A stretch of DNA of 64,000 bases from Candidatus Bathyarchaeota archaeon (GTDB lineage Archaea; Thermoproteota; Bathyarchaeia; Bathyarchaeales; Bathycorpusculaceae): contig CAVZJV010000014.1 of NCBI GenBank assembly GCA_963775685.1, positions 1,568,001 to 1,632,000 of the forward strand, given 5' to 3'. Position 1 is the stretch's first letter; the number at the start of each line of letters is the position of its first letter. Made by a program: the position numbers and the translations under genes. The notes beneath the pieces are model-generated. The model ran no database searches. It had not been told where the DNA came from and saw nothing but the letters and a program-made list of their open reading frames with translations. Positions 1 through 9,435 of this stretch are shown piece after piece.

Positions 1-4
1 AGTT

Positions 5-106
5 TTATGGGTGCTTTTTAGTTACTGAACAAACTACCACGGCTATGAGAACTGTGATCAGAATGATCATAACTACTGATATCGGTAAGAAGTAAAGATC
101 TGCCAT
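5..106 (-). other. Orphan C-terminal membrane-anchor ORF (33 aa, MADLYFLPISVVMIILITVLIAVVVCSVTKKHP)
   Basis: Hand translation, ATG at 106 to TAA at 7-5. Resembles the C-terminus of the 879-aa protein at 51188-53827 (SMADQYFLASVAAIIVV...LRKRP). In-frame stops lie just upstream. Confidence 0.55.
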
Positions 107-195
107 TGATTGTAACTGCGTTTCTTACTACTTCATTCTAGAAAAATTTTTTAAGGTGCATTTTTTCTTGAAATGAAGGTCAATAAAAGAGGATG

Positions 196-453
196 TTAGT
201 GCGGGTGGACTAATTCGACTCTGCGTTTGCCGCGAGACATTGATGAAGTGCGTATTTTGCCACTAACCTCGAGTTTTAGCAGTAATTCGTTGAAGTCTTT
301 GAATCCTAAATCTTCATACTCATCTTTAAGTTGGTCAAAGAGGTCGTCGTCTGTAAGGTCACCTTTCTTGGTCAGAACTTCCAGTAGGTAAAAGAAGGCT
401 GGACGTGTTTTCCAAGTTTTCATCTGCGGCATAATCGTTTCCTTCCTATGCAA
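196..453 (-). CDS. Small winged-helix-like hypothetical protein coupled to cdc48
   Basis: ORF abuts/overlaps the cdc48 stop; helix-helix-helix-beta-hairpin pattern (LLKLEVSGKIR...RVELV); true start may be MPQMK at 432. Confidence 0.65.
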   Translation of the reverse strand: MHRKETIMPQMKTWKTRPAFFYLLEVLTKKGDLTDDDLFDQLKDEYEDLGFKDFNELLLKLEVSGKIRTSSMSRGKRRVELVHPH

Positions 454-2617
454 CTGGCGTCTGTGGCTTTTGTACTTGTCGGATTTGCTGCATAAAGCTC
501 TTGTACCACTTTTCCATGTCAGGCGTAATCGATGGACCCATCTCTTTTAATGCATCCTGGAAATCCTTCATTGTAACTTCTGCTGAGTTAACGTTCTTGC
601 GCAGTGAGTGCATTGCAGCTTCTCGGCAAAGGGATTCTATGTCGGCGCCAGAATAGTACTTAGTTGCAATTGTAATCTGGTTTAAGTCAACGTCTTTGTT
701 AATGGGCATGCCCTTTGTGTAGATTTTAAGGATCTGCAAACGACTCTTTTCGTCAGGTTCAGGAACATAGATTAATCGGTCAAACCTTCCAGGGCGAAGA
801 ACGGCGGAATCAACCATGTCAGGGCGGTTAGTTGCGGCGATAACTACGATATCTTGCAACGTTGTAATGCCGTCCATTTCGGTTAGCAGTTGGCTTATGA
901 CGCGTTCGGAAACGCCGCTGTCAGACATACCCATTCCACGTCTGGGTGTTAGAGAGTCGATTTCATCAAGGAACACTACTGCTGGCGCTGCCATGCGTGC
1001 TTTGCGGAAGACTTCACGTATGGCTTTTTCTGATTCACCTACCCATTTGCTGAAAACTTCTGGTCCTTTGATAGAGATGAAGTTGGCTTCGCTCTCTGTC
1101 GCTACCGCGCGGGCCAAAAGGGTTTTGCCGCAGCCTGGTGGACCGTAGAGCAAGATGCCTTTTGGCGGCCTAATTCCAAGTTTGGTGAAGATTTCAGGGG
1201 TCTTTATCGGCCACTCCACGGCTTCTATGAGGTGCTGTTTTACATCGTCTAATCCACCGGCATCTTCCCAGTGGACTGTTGTGACTTCAATGTAGACCTC
1301 TCGCATGGCGGTGGGAGTAACTTCTTTGTAGGCACCAAGGAAATCATCCATTTTAACCTCCATTTTCTCCAATACTGCAGGTGGGATACGTTCTTCTTCA
1401 AGGTTAATCTGAGGCAAGTATCGTCTTAGTGCTTTCATAGCGGTTTCTCTGCCCAACGCTGATAGGTCGGCACCGGTGTAACCGTGGGTCATACCGGAGA
1501 GCTTTGGAAGGTCAACATCTTCAGCTAGTGGCATACCTCGAGTGTGAATTTGGAGAACTTCGTACCTCCCTTTCTTGTCTGGGACGCCTATTTCTATTTC
1601 TCGGTCAAATCTTCCTGGTCGACGTAGTGCTGGGTCGAGTGCTCCTGGACGGTTAGTTGCCCCTATAACTATAACGTTTCCTCTACCTGACAAGCCGTCC
1701 ATCAATGCGAGAAGTTGAGCAACAACGCGTCTTTCCACTTCACCAGTGACTTCTTCACGTTTTGGTGCAATGGCGTCAAGTTCATCGACAAAGATGATGC
1801 TGGGTGCGTTCTGTTGTGCTTGCTGGAAAATCTCTCGCAACCTTGCTTCGGATTCTCCGTAGAATTTGCTCATGATTTCGGGTCCGTTTATGCTGTAGAA
1901 GTTGGCTTCTGACTCGTTTGCTACTGCACGTGCGAGAAGGGTTTTGCCGCAGCCTGGTGGACCATGTAGCAGTACGCCTTTTGGTGGTTCAATGCCTAAA
2001 CGCTGGAACAGTTCAGGGTGGCGAAGAGGCAATTCGACCATTTCGCGGACACGCTGGATTTCTGTGTGAAGTCCGCCGATATCTTCGTAGTTTGTTCTAG
2101 GCAAGCCTTTGCCTTCGGGCGCTGGCTCGTTTAAAATGGTTAATCTGGTTTCGGCGGTGACTTTGATTATGCCGTGTGGACGGGTTTTTGAAACTGTAAA
2201 AGGAATGGCATGCCCCAGCATCATGACTAAGGTTGTGTCGCCTTCAACTAGGGTGCGTTCCATTAGGCGGTTTTTGACAAAGTTCGTGAAGTCTTCATCT
2301 ACATTAAGGCGCATATCCACTGGTGCAAGTGTTAAAGAGAGTGCAGTTTTGACTTTTGCAGGTCTGATAACAACGTATTCGTTTATAGCCACACCGCTGT
2401 TCTTACGGGTAAATCCGTCAATTCGGATTATGTCACGGTTTTGGTCTTCGCTATAGGCTGGCCAAGCAATCGCTGAAGTTGTGCGCTTATTCACAATTTC
2501 AATTACATCTCCAGCGCTTATGCCTAGCTTCTGCATGGTTCGCTGGTCGATACGGGCGATTCCTCTGCCTACATCTCTTTGCCGTGCGTCTCCAACGCGT
2601 AGTTGTACTTCGCTCAT
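446..2617 (-). CDS. cdc48: CDC48/VAT family AAA+ ATPase
   Basis: N-domain ([11 protein letters not shown]), two AAA modules with GPPGCGKT Walker A, DELD/DEID Walker B and RPGRFDR second region of homology. Confidence 0.97.
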   Translation of the reverse strand: MSEVQLRVGDARQRDVGRGIARIDQRTMQKLGISAGDVIEIVNKRTTSAIAWPAYSEDQNRDIIRIDGFTRKNSGVAINEYVVIRPAKVKTALSLTLAPVDMRLNVDEDFTNFVKNRLMERTLVEGDTTLVMMLGHAIPFTVSKTRPHGIIKVTAETRLTILNEPAPEGKGLPRTNYEDIGGLHTEIQRVREMVELPLRHPELFQRLGIEPPKGVLLHGPPGCGKTLLARAVANESEANFYSINGPEIMSKFYGESEARLREIFQQAQQNAPSIIFVDELDAIAPKREEVTGEVERRVVAQLLALMDGLSGRGNVIVIGATNRPGALDPALRRPGRFDREIEIGVPDKKGRYEVLQIHTRGMPLAEDVDLPKLSGMTHGYTGADLSALGRETAMKALRRYLPQINLEEERIPPAVLEKMEVKMDDFLGAYKEVTPTAMREVYIEVTTVHWEDAGGLDDVKQHLIEAVEWPIKTPEIFTKLGIRPPKGILLYGPPGCGKTLLARAVATESEANFISIKGPEVFSKWVGESEKAIREVFRKARMAAPAVVFLDEIDSLTPRRGMGMSDSGVSERVISQLLTEMDGITTLQDIVVIAATNRPDMVDSAVLRPGRFDRLIYVPEPDEKSRLQILKIYTKGMPINKDVDLNQITIATKYYSGADIESLCREAAMHSLRKNVNSAEVTMKDFQDALKEMGPSITPDMEKWYKSFMQQIRQVQKPQTPVA

Positions 2618-2755
2618 GTAGAATTATCTCCTAAATAATCCTGACTTATTGTTTTTGGATGCGTTTGAAAAAGCTGTCATAACTATATAAACTTTAAAGC
2701 GTAATCTGAAATACTTTCAAGGCGACACAAGGGAAGAAAAGTTGGGGTTTTGTGG

Positions 2756-3034
2756 CTATTCTCTGCTTGTTCGGCGAACCTGGAAGGTTTGTGCTTGGCT
2801 GACACCTGGAATTTTGGCTAGTTTCTCTTCGAATTCATCAACAAGTCCCGATTTGTCTTCAGGATATTTTATTTGAACTAAAAGCGCTACGAGCCCAAAA
2901 GCAACTGGTTCTTCGCCGTATCCTTCAATTTGCGCAAATTCAGGCAAGGCAGCTTTGATTTGGTCTTTAAGACCGTCAAAGCTGGGCACTATATCTTCTG
3001 GAAAAACCTTGTAAGTTACAAGTACGCTACCCAT
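2756..3034 (-). CDS. ef1b: Translation elongation factor 1-beta
   Basis: KVFPED...EPVAFGLVAL signature, 92 aa. Confidence 0.93.
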   Translation of the reverse strand: MGSVLVTYKVFPEDIVPSFDGLKDQIKAALPEFAQIEGYGEEPVAFGLVALLVQIKYPEDKSGLVDEFEEKLAKIPGVSQAQTFQVRRTSRE

Positions 3035-3047
3035 TCAGATTCGCCTT

Positions 3048-3227
3048 TTATGGTCCGCTAAATCCGCATTTGGGGCACTTGTAGAGGCGGCCAAATTTGC
3101 GGCATTTTCCATCGCGTTTAATTTGAATATCACCGCAGTTTGGACATAGAAACTTTGTTGATTCGCTGCCTGGCGGGATTGGTTTTCCGCAACTTGTACA
3201 TGTGACGAGTGATAACTTTTCTGACAT
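3048..3227 (-). CDS. Small Zn-ribbon protein (DUF1610/HVO_2753-like), 59 aa, not in the ORF track
   Basis: Hand translation MSEKLSLVTCTSCGKPIPPGSESTKFLCPNCGDIQIKRDGKCRKFGRLYKCPKCGFSGP; this family commonly lies directly upstream of archaeal EF-1beta. Confidence 0.9.
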   Translation of the reverse strand: MSEKLSLVTCTSCGKPIPPGSESTKFLCPNCGDIQIKRDGKCRKFGRLYKCPKCGFSGP

Positions 3228-3589
3228 GAACTATACACTTCTGCTCCGTGATAATTGTAAGGGTTCCTTATATCCTCTATGCTCAAAAACCCCCACAAAC
3301 AACCACACAATTTCTGTAGAGGTTATAAGAAAAAATAGCTTGTATCAGTACAACCTACAAACAGCCTAACAAATTCTGTTTGCCACTTAAGTATGGTTCA
3401 GGTTTGCTATTGATTATGGATGTTATCACTAGAGGCATCGAGGTGACAAAATTTGGCGGTCCAAACCATTCATTTGTAAAAATGACTAACCCTTGACTGA
3501 TGTGCTTCACGGTTAAGCTAAGTTTTTTTGTTTAATGGGGTTTGGGTGTTTTTAAGGAGAAAGCTCTATAAGCCCGTTATAATCACATA

Positions 3590-3603
3590 TCATAATATTA
3601 GAA
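3590..3603. promoter_or_regulatory. Putative ArsR-type operator copy 1 (TCATAATATTAGAA)
   Basis: 11/14 match to the imperfect palindrome at 4633-4646; lies just downstream of a TATA-like TTATAA. Confidence 0.35.
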
Positions 3604-3739
3604 TTGATGTGGTTGAAGCGGTAAAATCCAAAAACAACTCACAAAAAACAACCTATTAAAAAACTGTTTCACATTTGTTTCAGCCAACTCCTATACCGCC
3701 CCAACGCCACAGTAATATTAAAAATAGAGGAATAAAAAA

Positions 3740-4567
3740 ATGAAAACATGGAAAATAATAACAATAACGATTACTGCCTTCACAGTAGTCGCAGCCCTTT
3801 TGGCCTCAAGCGTGTACGCCATGGGGCCCTGGGGAATAGGCTCGTATGGAGTTAACTCCTATGGATACGGCGGCATGATGGGCGGCTATGGAGGCGGAAT
3901 GATGGGAGGCGGATACGGCTACGGGTACCCAGCCCAAACCGTACAAACAACGCCAACGGACCAATACTACCAGCCTGTCTATCCGTTCATGTTCGGAGGC
4001 AGCTGCATCGGACGGCTAGGCCTTGGCGGATACGGTAACATTACACCCTACGCCTACACTGGAACGCAACTCAACATAACCACCGCGGAAACGATAGCTC
4101 AAAACTATGTTGCGGCTCTCGGCAACCCTGACTTGACAGTGAAGCAGATTGAAGAGCACCAAGCTAACTATTACATCCAAGTTAACGAGCAAAGCACCGG
4201 CAACGGAGCCTTCGAACTACTCATCAATAAGTACACGGGCAGCATCTACCCAGAGATGGGACCTAACATGATGTGGAACACCAAATACGGCATGATGCGC
4301 GGCGGAATCTTGAGCGGAATCTATGGAACCCCAACCACAACCATGACAGTGACTTCGACGCAAGCAACTACTAATGCACAGCAATACCTAAACACCTACA
4401 TAAGCGGCACAACGACAGGCGACGTAACTACATTCTACGGCTACTATACTATCGAAGTGCTTAATGGCGGAACAACCTATGGCATGCTAAGCGTCAACGG
4501 CTACACCGGACAAATCTGGGTCCACACCTGGCACGGAACCTTCATAGAAGAACTACAAATAAGATAG
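3740..4567 (+). CDS. Secreted Gly/Met/Tyr-rich protein with two PepSY-like modules
   Basis: Signal peptide; GGMMGG repeats; duplicated YYIQV..ELLINKYTG / YYTIEV..LSVNGYTG modules; C-terminal HTWHG. Confidence 0.8.
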   Translation: MKTWKIITITITAFTVVAALLASSVYAMGPWGIGSYGVNSYGYGGMMGGYGGGMMGGGYGYGYPAQTVQTTPTDQYYQPVYPFMFGGSCIGRLGLGGYGNITPYAYTGTQLNITTAETIAQNYVAALGNPDLTVKQIEEHQANYYIQVNEQSTGNGAFELLINKYTGSIYPEMGPNMMWNTKYGMMRGGILSGIYGTPTTTMTVTSTQATTNAQQYLNTYISGTTTGDVTTFYGYYTIEVLNGGTTYGMLSVNGYTGQIWVHTWHGTFIEELQIR

Positions 4568-4632
4568 GTGGTTGACAAACCTTTTCTTTAGTTTTTTGGA
4601 TTAAATGCAAAGTATAAATGGGTGAGAAAATG

Positions 4633-4646
4633 TTAGAATATTCGAA
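4633..4646. promoter_or_regulatory. Putative autoregulatory ArsR operator (TTAGAATATTCGAA)
   Basis: Near-perfect palindrome between TATAAA (~4614) and ATG 4660. Confidence 0.45.
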
Positions 4647-4659
4647 TAAGTGGAAACCA

Positions 4660-5007
4660 ATGTCTAATCCAGAATTTGATATGACAATCTACGAACTCCA
4701 AGCGGAAATATCGAAGACCTTAGCACACCCTTTGAGACTTGCTATCCTGCATAACTTAAAGAGCGGAGAAAAAACCGTCAACCAACTCACCCTAACCCTT
4801 GGCGCAAGCCAATCCAACATCTCCCAACACCTAGCGATTCTCCGGCAGCGACAAATTGTTAAAACCCGAAAAGACGGCACAAACATCTACTACCGCGTTG
4901 CAAGCCCAAAAATCAGCCAAGCCTGCGACATGGTCAGGGAAGTCCTAATAGAGCAACTTAGCGAAAAACAGGAGTTAGCAAAAAACTACAGTAAGGAGAT
5001 GACTTAG
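4660..5007 (+). CDS. ArsR/SmtB family metalloregulator
   Basis: KTLAHPLRLAIL...SQSNISQHLAILR...RKDGTNIYY; start placed at MSNPEF. Confidence 0.92.
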   Translation: MSNPEFDMTIYELQAEISKTLAHPLRLAILHNLKSGEKTVNQLTLTLGASQSNISQHLAILRQRQIVKTRKDGTNIYYRVASPKISQACDMVREVLIEQLSEKQELAKNYSKEMT

Positions 5008-5010
5008 AAA

Positions 5011-5160
5011 TTGTGTGGATGTGGCTGTGGTTCAAATTCAAGCAATGATCGAGCAGAAGCCCCTCAGCAAGTGGCGATGGTCCCCTGCAAGTATTGCAGA
5101 GCCCTCTTCCAACAAACAGCAACGTTCTGCCCAAATTGCGGAGCCAAACGAACTGCGTGA
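5011..5160 (+). CDS. Cys-rich microprotein (49 aa; CGCGC plus CxxC..CxxC ribbon), not in the ORF track
   Basis: TTG start 3 nt after the ArsR stop with GGAGATGA upstream; MCGCGCGSNSSNDRAEAPQQVAMVPCKYCRALFQQTATFCPNCGAKRTA. Confidence 0.7.
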   Translation: MCGCGCGSNSSNDRAEAPQQVAMVPCKYCRALFQQTATFCPNCGAKRTA

Positions 5161-5222
5161 CCTAAATTCAAAAACCCTTTAAAGCTCTCTCAGGTTCAGA
5201 ACCGAAAGGAAGATCCACAAAA

Positions 5223-5955
5223 ATGCCCAATTATAAATTTCTATCAAGTTTCATTCTTTCAACTTTGTTTTTGGCAGTTTTAACTATTCCAGTTTTCGCC
5301 GCAACATACAACCCTGGAGTAACCACAGGGATTATGTAAAATATGGAAATTTTGTAGGCATTGTTCCAGGGTTTGAAGGTAAAATGAGCAGTACTCGCTT
5401 ACATTGCAAATAATAAACGCAGCGGGGAGCCAAGTTACGTTCCTTTCAACGGGGAATTCAAGAATGACACCTCTGTTTGGGTAACGCACTGTTTCTGTTT
5501 GGGATGTTGCGATCGGAACTGAAAAAGGGGTGTTGAGCACTCAGGGACCAATAATTTCGTCTAACTTGAATGTTGGAGACCTCATCCCATCACTTGACAC
5601 TTACGCATTGAATAGCACGAAGAACCACCAGCACCTGGGCGTCTGCAGAACGTAAACATACTCAGCGTCACAATATCCACTCCCGACTACAAATTCAAGC
5701 TAAACTACGTTTATGATAAGGCTTCAGGAATGCTTCTGGAATCCTCGTCACAGACTACTGTTCAAGGAGAATCTGGACCAGTGACAGCAGAATATGCCTA
5801 TAGAATCATCCAAACAAACATTTTGAGCGCCCAACCATCCGCTCCAAACACAAATAGCTACCCCAACATTCCAGCAGGCTATATAATCCTATAATCATCT
5901 CGATTGTTATAATCTTGGTAGCCGTTCTTGTCTTGCTGAGAAAAAAATTTAGCAA
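5223..5955 (+). pseudogene. Frameshifted secreted, membrane-anchored protein
   Basis: Signal peptide MPNYKFLSS...FAATYNPGVTTG, then DYVKYG after a shift, YVYDKASGMLLE, and a C-terminal TM helix plus RKK; several frame breaks; end approximate. Confidence 0.65.
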
Positions 5956-6157
5956 TCACAAAAACTTTGACTTGGTAAAGACTAAGTCTACATACCAGCA
6001 CGTTTGTGTCTTTCAAAAACTTGTCATTCTTGTTAACTTTACAACCTTCTGCACTATTACACCGCAAAAAAATTGATCGCATGTCCATTTTTAAGATTTA
6101 AGTAATTTCGCAAACCTCTTAAGAAGGCTTCTTGCCTATTTTATTTGTGGAATCGTT

Positions 6158-7186
6158 TTGGGCGTAAACTTTAAAGACCTCATCCCAAAAATCCCAGTCA
6201 AACTCGAAGACTTGGGCGGCAAAATCATTGCTGTAGACGCATTTAACGCCATATATCAATTCCTCAGCATCATCCGCCAACCTGATGGGACACCCCTAAA
6301 AGACAGCACGGGCAAAGTCACCAGTCACCTAAGCGGACTCTTCTACCGCACAAGCAACCTAATCGAAATGGGCATAAAACCTGTATATGTATTCGACGGC
6401 GAATCACCGGCATTAAAGGCAGCGGAAATTGAGAGGCGCAAACAAGTAAAGGTTGAGGCAGTTGCACATTATGAGAAAGCGGTGGTAAAAGGCGATACAG
6501 AAAAAATGTTCATGTACGCTCAAGCATCAACCAGCATGAAAGATTACATGTTGGGTGATAGTCAGAAGCTTTTGGGGCTTATGGGGTTACCGTGGGTTCA
6601 GGCACCGGGCGAAGGTGAAGCTCAAGCAGCGCACATGAACAAAAAAGACGACGCAGACTATTGCGCAAGCCAAGACTACGATAGTCTTCTTTTTGGGGCA
6701 TGTAAGCTGCTTAGAAACGTGACTATTTCTGGAAGAAGGAAAAGAGGAAAAGTCACAATTGACGTGGTGCCTGAGGTGGTAGAGTTGCCCAAAACTCTTC
6801 ATGAATGTGGTTTGACGCGCGAGCAACTAATTGACGTTGGCATTTTAATTGGTACTGACTTTAACCCCGACGGTGTAAAGGGGATAGGCCCAAAAACGGC
6901 TCTCAAACTCATAAAGCAATACGGCACCTTGAAGAACGCAGTATCACATATAGAAAATGTAACTTTCGCTGACAAAATAGAAGAAATACAGCAAATTTTT
7001 TTGTGTCCAAAAGTCACCGATAACTACAAGATAGAATGGAAAGAACCTGATGAGAGCGGTTTAATCAATTTTATGTGCCGTGAAAAAGAATTTGGTGAGG
7101 AACGCATCAAAAAATCCCTTGAACGAATGACTGCGGGGAGCAAGAAGCAGAAAAGCAAAGTTTCGTTAGAAAAATGGTTCGGCTAA
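6158..7186 (+). CDS. fen: Flap endonuclease 1
   Basis: YQFLSIIRQPDG, EGEAQAA, SQDYDSLLFG, GTDFNPDG, GIGPKTA; C-terminal PIP-like SLEKWF. Confidence 0.97.
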   Translation: MGVNFKDLIPKIPVKLEDLGGKIIAVDAFNAIYQFLSIIRQPDGTPLKDSTGKVTSHLSGLFYRTSNLIEMGIKPVYVFDGESPALKAAEIERRKQVKVEAVAHYEKAVVKGDTEKMFMYAQASTSMKDYMLGDSQKLLGLMGLPWVQAPGEGEAQAAHMNKKDDADYCASQDYDSLLFGACKLLRNVTISGRRKRGKVTIDVVPEVVELPKTLHECGLTREQLIDVGILIGTDFNPDGVKGIGPKTALKLIKQYGTLKNAVSHIENVTFADKIEEIQQIFLCPKVTDNYKIEWKEPDESGLINFMCREKEFGEERIKKSLERMTAGSKKQKSKVSLEKWFG

Positions 7187-7262
7187 ACCAGAAGGTGTCA
7201 GTTGAATTTTTGACAGGTGCATCCTTTGATGGCGCATTGTTGACTTGCCTGTGAGTCCCTCT

Positions 7263-7339
7263 ATGATGACCACCACATGTGGCACAAGTTTTGAGTACGG
7301 TTATGCTCAAGCTTGCATCTTGCGGTAGGATATCACTGA
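7263..7339 (+). ncRNA. Candidate C/D-box sRNA
   Basis: ATGATGA (C box, 7263) and CTGA (D box, 7336) in the fen-glmS intergenic region; internal hairpin; internal C'/D' boxes poor. Confidence 0.3.
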
Positions 7340-7383
7340 TAACGTTTCAACGTTAAATCTATAGACAAATAAAGAAAATAAAG

Positions 7384-9213
7384 TTATTTTACAGTAACTG
7401 ATTTTGCGAGGTTGCGAGGCATATCTGGGTTGAATCCCTTCTCTAGAGCCACGTAATAAGCTAACAACTGAAGAGGCACTGCAAACGGAATCGGTGACAA
7501 AACGCTCGGGATACCTTTGGGAACTTCGATATACTCGTCAGATATGGATTTGATTTCTGCGTCGCCTTCTTCAATAACTGCTATAATATGGGCGCCGCGG
7601 GCTTTCATTTCCATGACGTTTCCGATGATAGTTTTGTGGGTTTCATCTCGGGGGCATATGAATACGACTGGGAAGCCGTCTTCGACTAGGCTTATTGGAC
7701 CATGTTTGCTTTCGCCTGCGGGGAACGCGATAGATGGTATATAGGCGATTTCCATGAGTTTGAGTCTGCCTTCAAACGCGGTGGCGGTGCTTATACCCCT
7801 GCCGAGGAAAAAGAATACTTTAGAAGACGCGTATTTTTTGGCGATTTGCTTAATCTTTTCTTCCTGCGTCCGAACAATCGTATCGACGTCTTCAGGCATC
7901 TTTTTGAGGTTCTCTTCTAGGCTGTCCATTTCGTCTTGAGAAATCTTGCCCCGCTTCTTTGACAACTTCAACGCGAGTTGAGCTAAGACTGAAAGCTGCG
8001 AGGTGAAGGTTTTGGTGGCGGCGACTCCGATTTCTGGACCTGCCTGCGTGCCAATGTATACTCGAGAAATACGCGTCATAGTTGAGCCGATAACGTTAGT
8101 TAAGCTCAGCACGGTTGCTGCGCGTTGTTGTGCACAACTTACCGCGGCTATTGTGTCTGCGGTTTCGCCTGATTGACTCACGGCCAACAGTGTGCTGTCG
8201 ATGTTAACAGATTTGCCATATTGCTCCAAAAACTCAGAAGCGTAAACGGGGTATGCGGGCAAGAACGCCAGTTTAGAGAACATGTAGGAAGCTGCTAAAC
8301 ATGCGTGATAGCTTGTTCCGCAGGCAACCAAGAAAACTTCGTTGGCGCGGTCAAGAAAAGTAGCCAGCAAATCCAAATAATGATCTTGAATGCGCAGGGT
8401 GTTTCGGAGGGTTTGAGGTTGTTCATGGATTTCTTTAATCATGAAATGCGGATACCCCTGCTTCACCGCCATCTCAGGAGTCCACTCAATGATTATGGGT
8501 TCACGTGTAACAAGACTGTTGTCGGAAATTTTTCGGATTTCATAGCCGCCAACGGTAAGAATGACGAGTTCACCGTTATTTATCAAGACGGCTTTGTTGG
8601 TAACCTCCAAAAAAGCTGGAATATCAGACGCACAGAAAACGCCTTTGCCGTTGATTCCTAAAACCAGCGGGCTTTCGTTTCGAGCGCAGATTATCTTGTC
8701 AGGTTCGCGGGTTGAGATAATGGCGAATGCGTAGGATCCTTCTATTCGTTTAAGGCTAGCTAAAATGGCTTGTTGGAGCGTGAGGTTAGGAGTTTGTTTT
8801 AGGGTTTCCTCGATTAGGTGCGGCATGACCTCAGTGTCTGTTTTTGAAACAAACTTGTGACCTAAGTTTTCAAGTTCATCTTTAAGTTCCATAAAGTTTT
8901 CTATGATGCCGTTGTGGACAACAACAATTTCGCCTGTGCAGTCGGTGTGGGGGTGGGAGTTTACTTTTAGGGGTGCACCGTGGGTTGCCCATCGGGTGTG
9001 TCCTATACCTATGCTGCCTGGCATGTCGTCGAGGTTTACGATTTTGTGTACTTCATCGATTTTGCCCGAGTCTTTTTTCAGGTAGATCTTGCCGCCGGAG
9101 ATGGTTGCTATGCCGACGGAGTCGTAGCCTCGGTATTCTAGATGTTTTAGAGATGAATGGATGAGGGGCGCAGCGTTTCCTTCTTTCAGAACACAACCGA
9201 ATATTCCACACAT
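7384..9213 (-). CDS. glmS: Glutamine-fructose-6-phosphate aminotransferase (isomerizing)
   Basis: N-terminal MCGI, LEYRGYDS, GHTRWATHG, two SIS domains, C-terminal PRNLAKSVTV. Confidence 0.97.
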   Translation of the reverse strand: MCGIFGCVLKEGNAAPLIHSSLKHLEYRGYDSVGIATISGGKIYLKKDSGKIDEVHKIVNLDDMPGSIGIGHTRWATHGAPLKVNSHPHTDCTGEIVVVHNGIIENFMELKDELENLGHKFVSKTDTEVMPHLIEETLKQTPNLTLQQAILASLKRIEGSYAFAIISTREPDKIICARNESPLVLGINGKGVFCASDIPAFLEVTNKAVLINNGELVILTVGGYEIRKISDNSLVTREPIIIEWTPEMAVKQGYPHFMIKEIHEQPQTLRNTLRIQDHYLDLLATFLDRANEVFLVACGTSYHACLAASYMFSKLAFLPAYPVYASEFLEQYGKSVNIDSTLLAVSQSGETADTIAAVSCAQQRAATVLSLTNVIGSTMTRISRVYIGTQAGPEIGVAATKTFTSQLSVLAQLALKLSKKRGKISQDEMDSLEENLKKMPEDVDTIVRTQEEKIKQIAKKYASSKVFFFLGRGISTATAFEGRLKLMEIAYIPSIAFPAGESKHGPISLVEDGFPVVFICPRDETHKTIIGNVMEMKARGAHIIAVIEEGDAEIKSISDEYIEVPKGIPSVLSPIPFAVPLQLLAYYVALEKGFNPDMPRNLAKSVTVK

Positions 9214-9299
9214 GTTTTTTGTTTCCTTTTTGATACTTTGGAATTGTCATATTGAGTTGGATGTTTGTTTATAAGTATTTTTAATATCAGAGTTTGACT

Positions 9300-9319
9300 A
9301 CTAAAAAAATTTTTTTAGT
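9300..9319. promoter_or_regulatory. Perfect 20-bp palindrome in the glmS / HTH-regulator divergent promoter
   Basis: ACTAAAAAAATTTTTTTAGT; further inverted repeats GACTAA..TTAGTC (~9339-9368) and AGTACATGTACT (9406-9417). Confidence 0.4.
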
Positions 9320-9435
9320 GGTTTGTGCTTCTTTTACGGACTAACTAAAGCTTGCAAAGCGTTTAGTCGACAAAATTTGTGAACCATTATAAATAAATTT
9401 TTTATAGTACATGTACTTTACTCCTTACGACTATT

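Noticed and set aside
816-2456. Several plus-strand ORFs inside cdc48, and similar antisense ORFs inside glmS, proS, aor, hflX and the propeller genes
   Set aside because: Shadow ORFs opposite well-supported genes, with no motifs or ribosome-binding sites
3035-3310. 91-aa ORF upstream of EF-1beta
   Set aside because: Wrong frame; the real gene is the 59-aa Zn-ribbon ORF at 3048-3227
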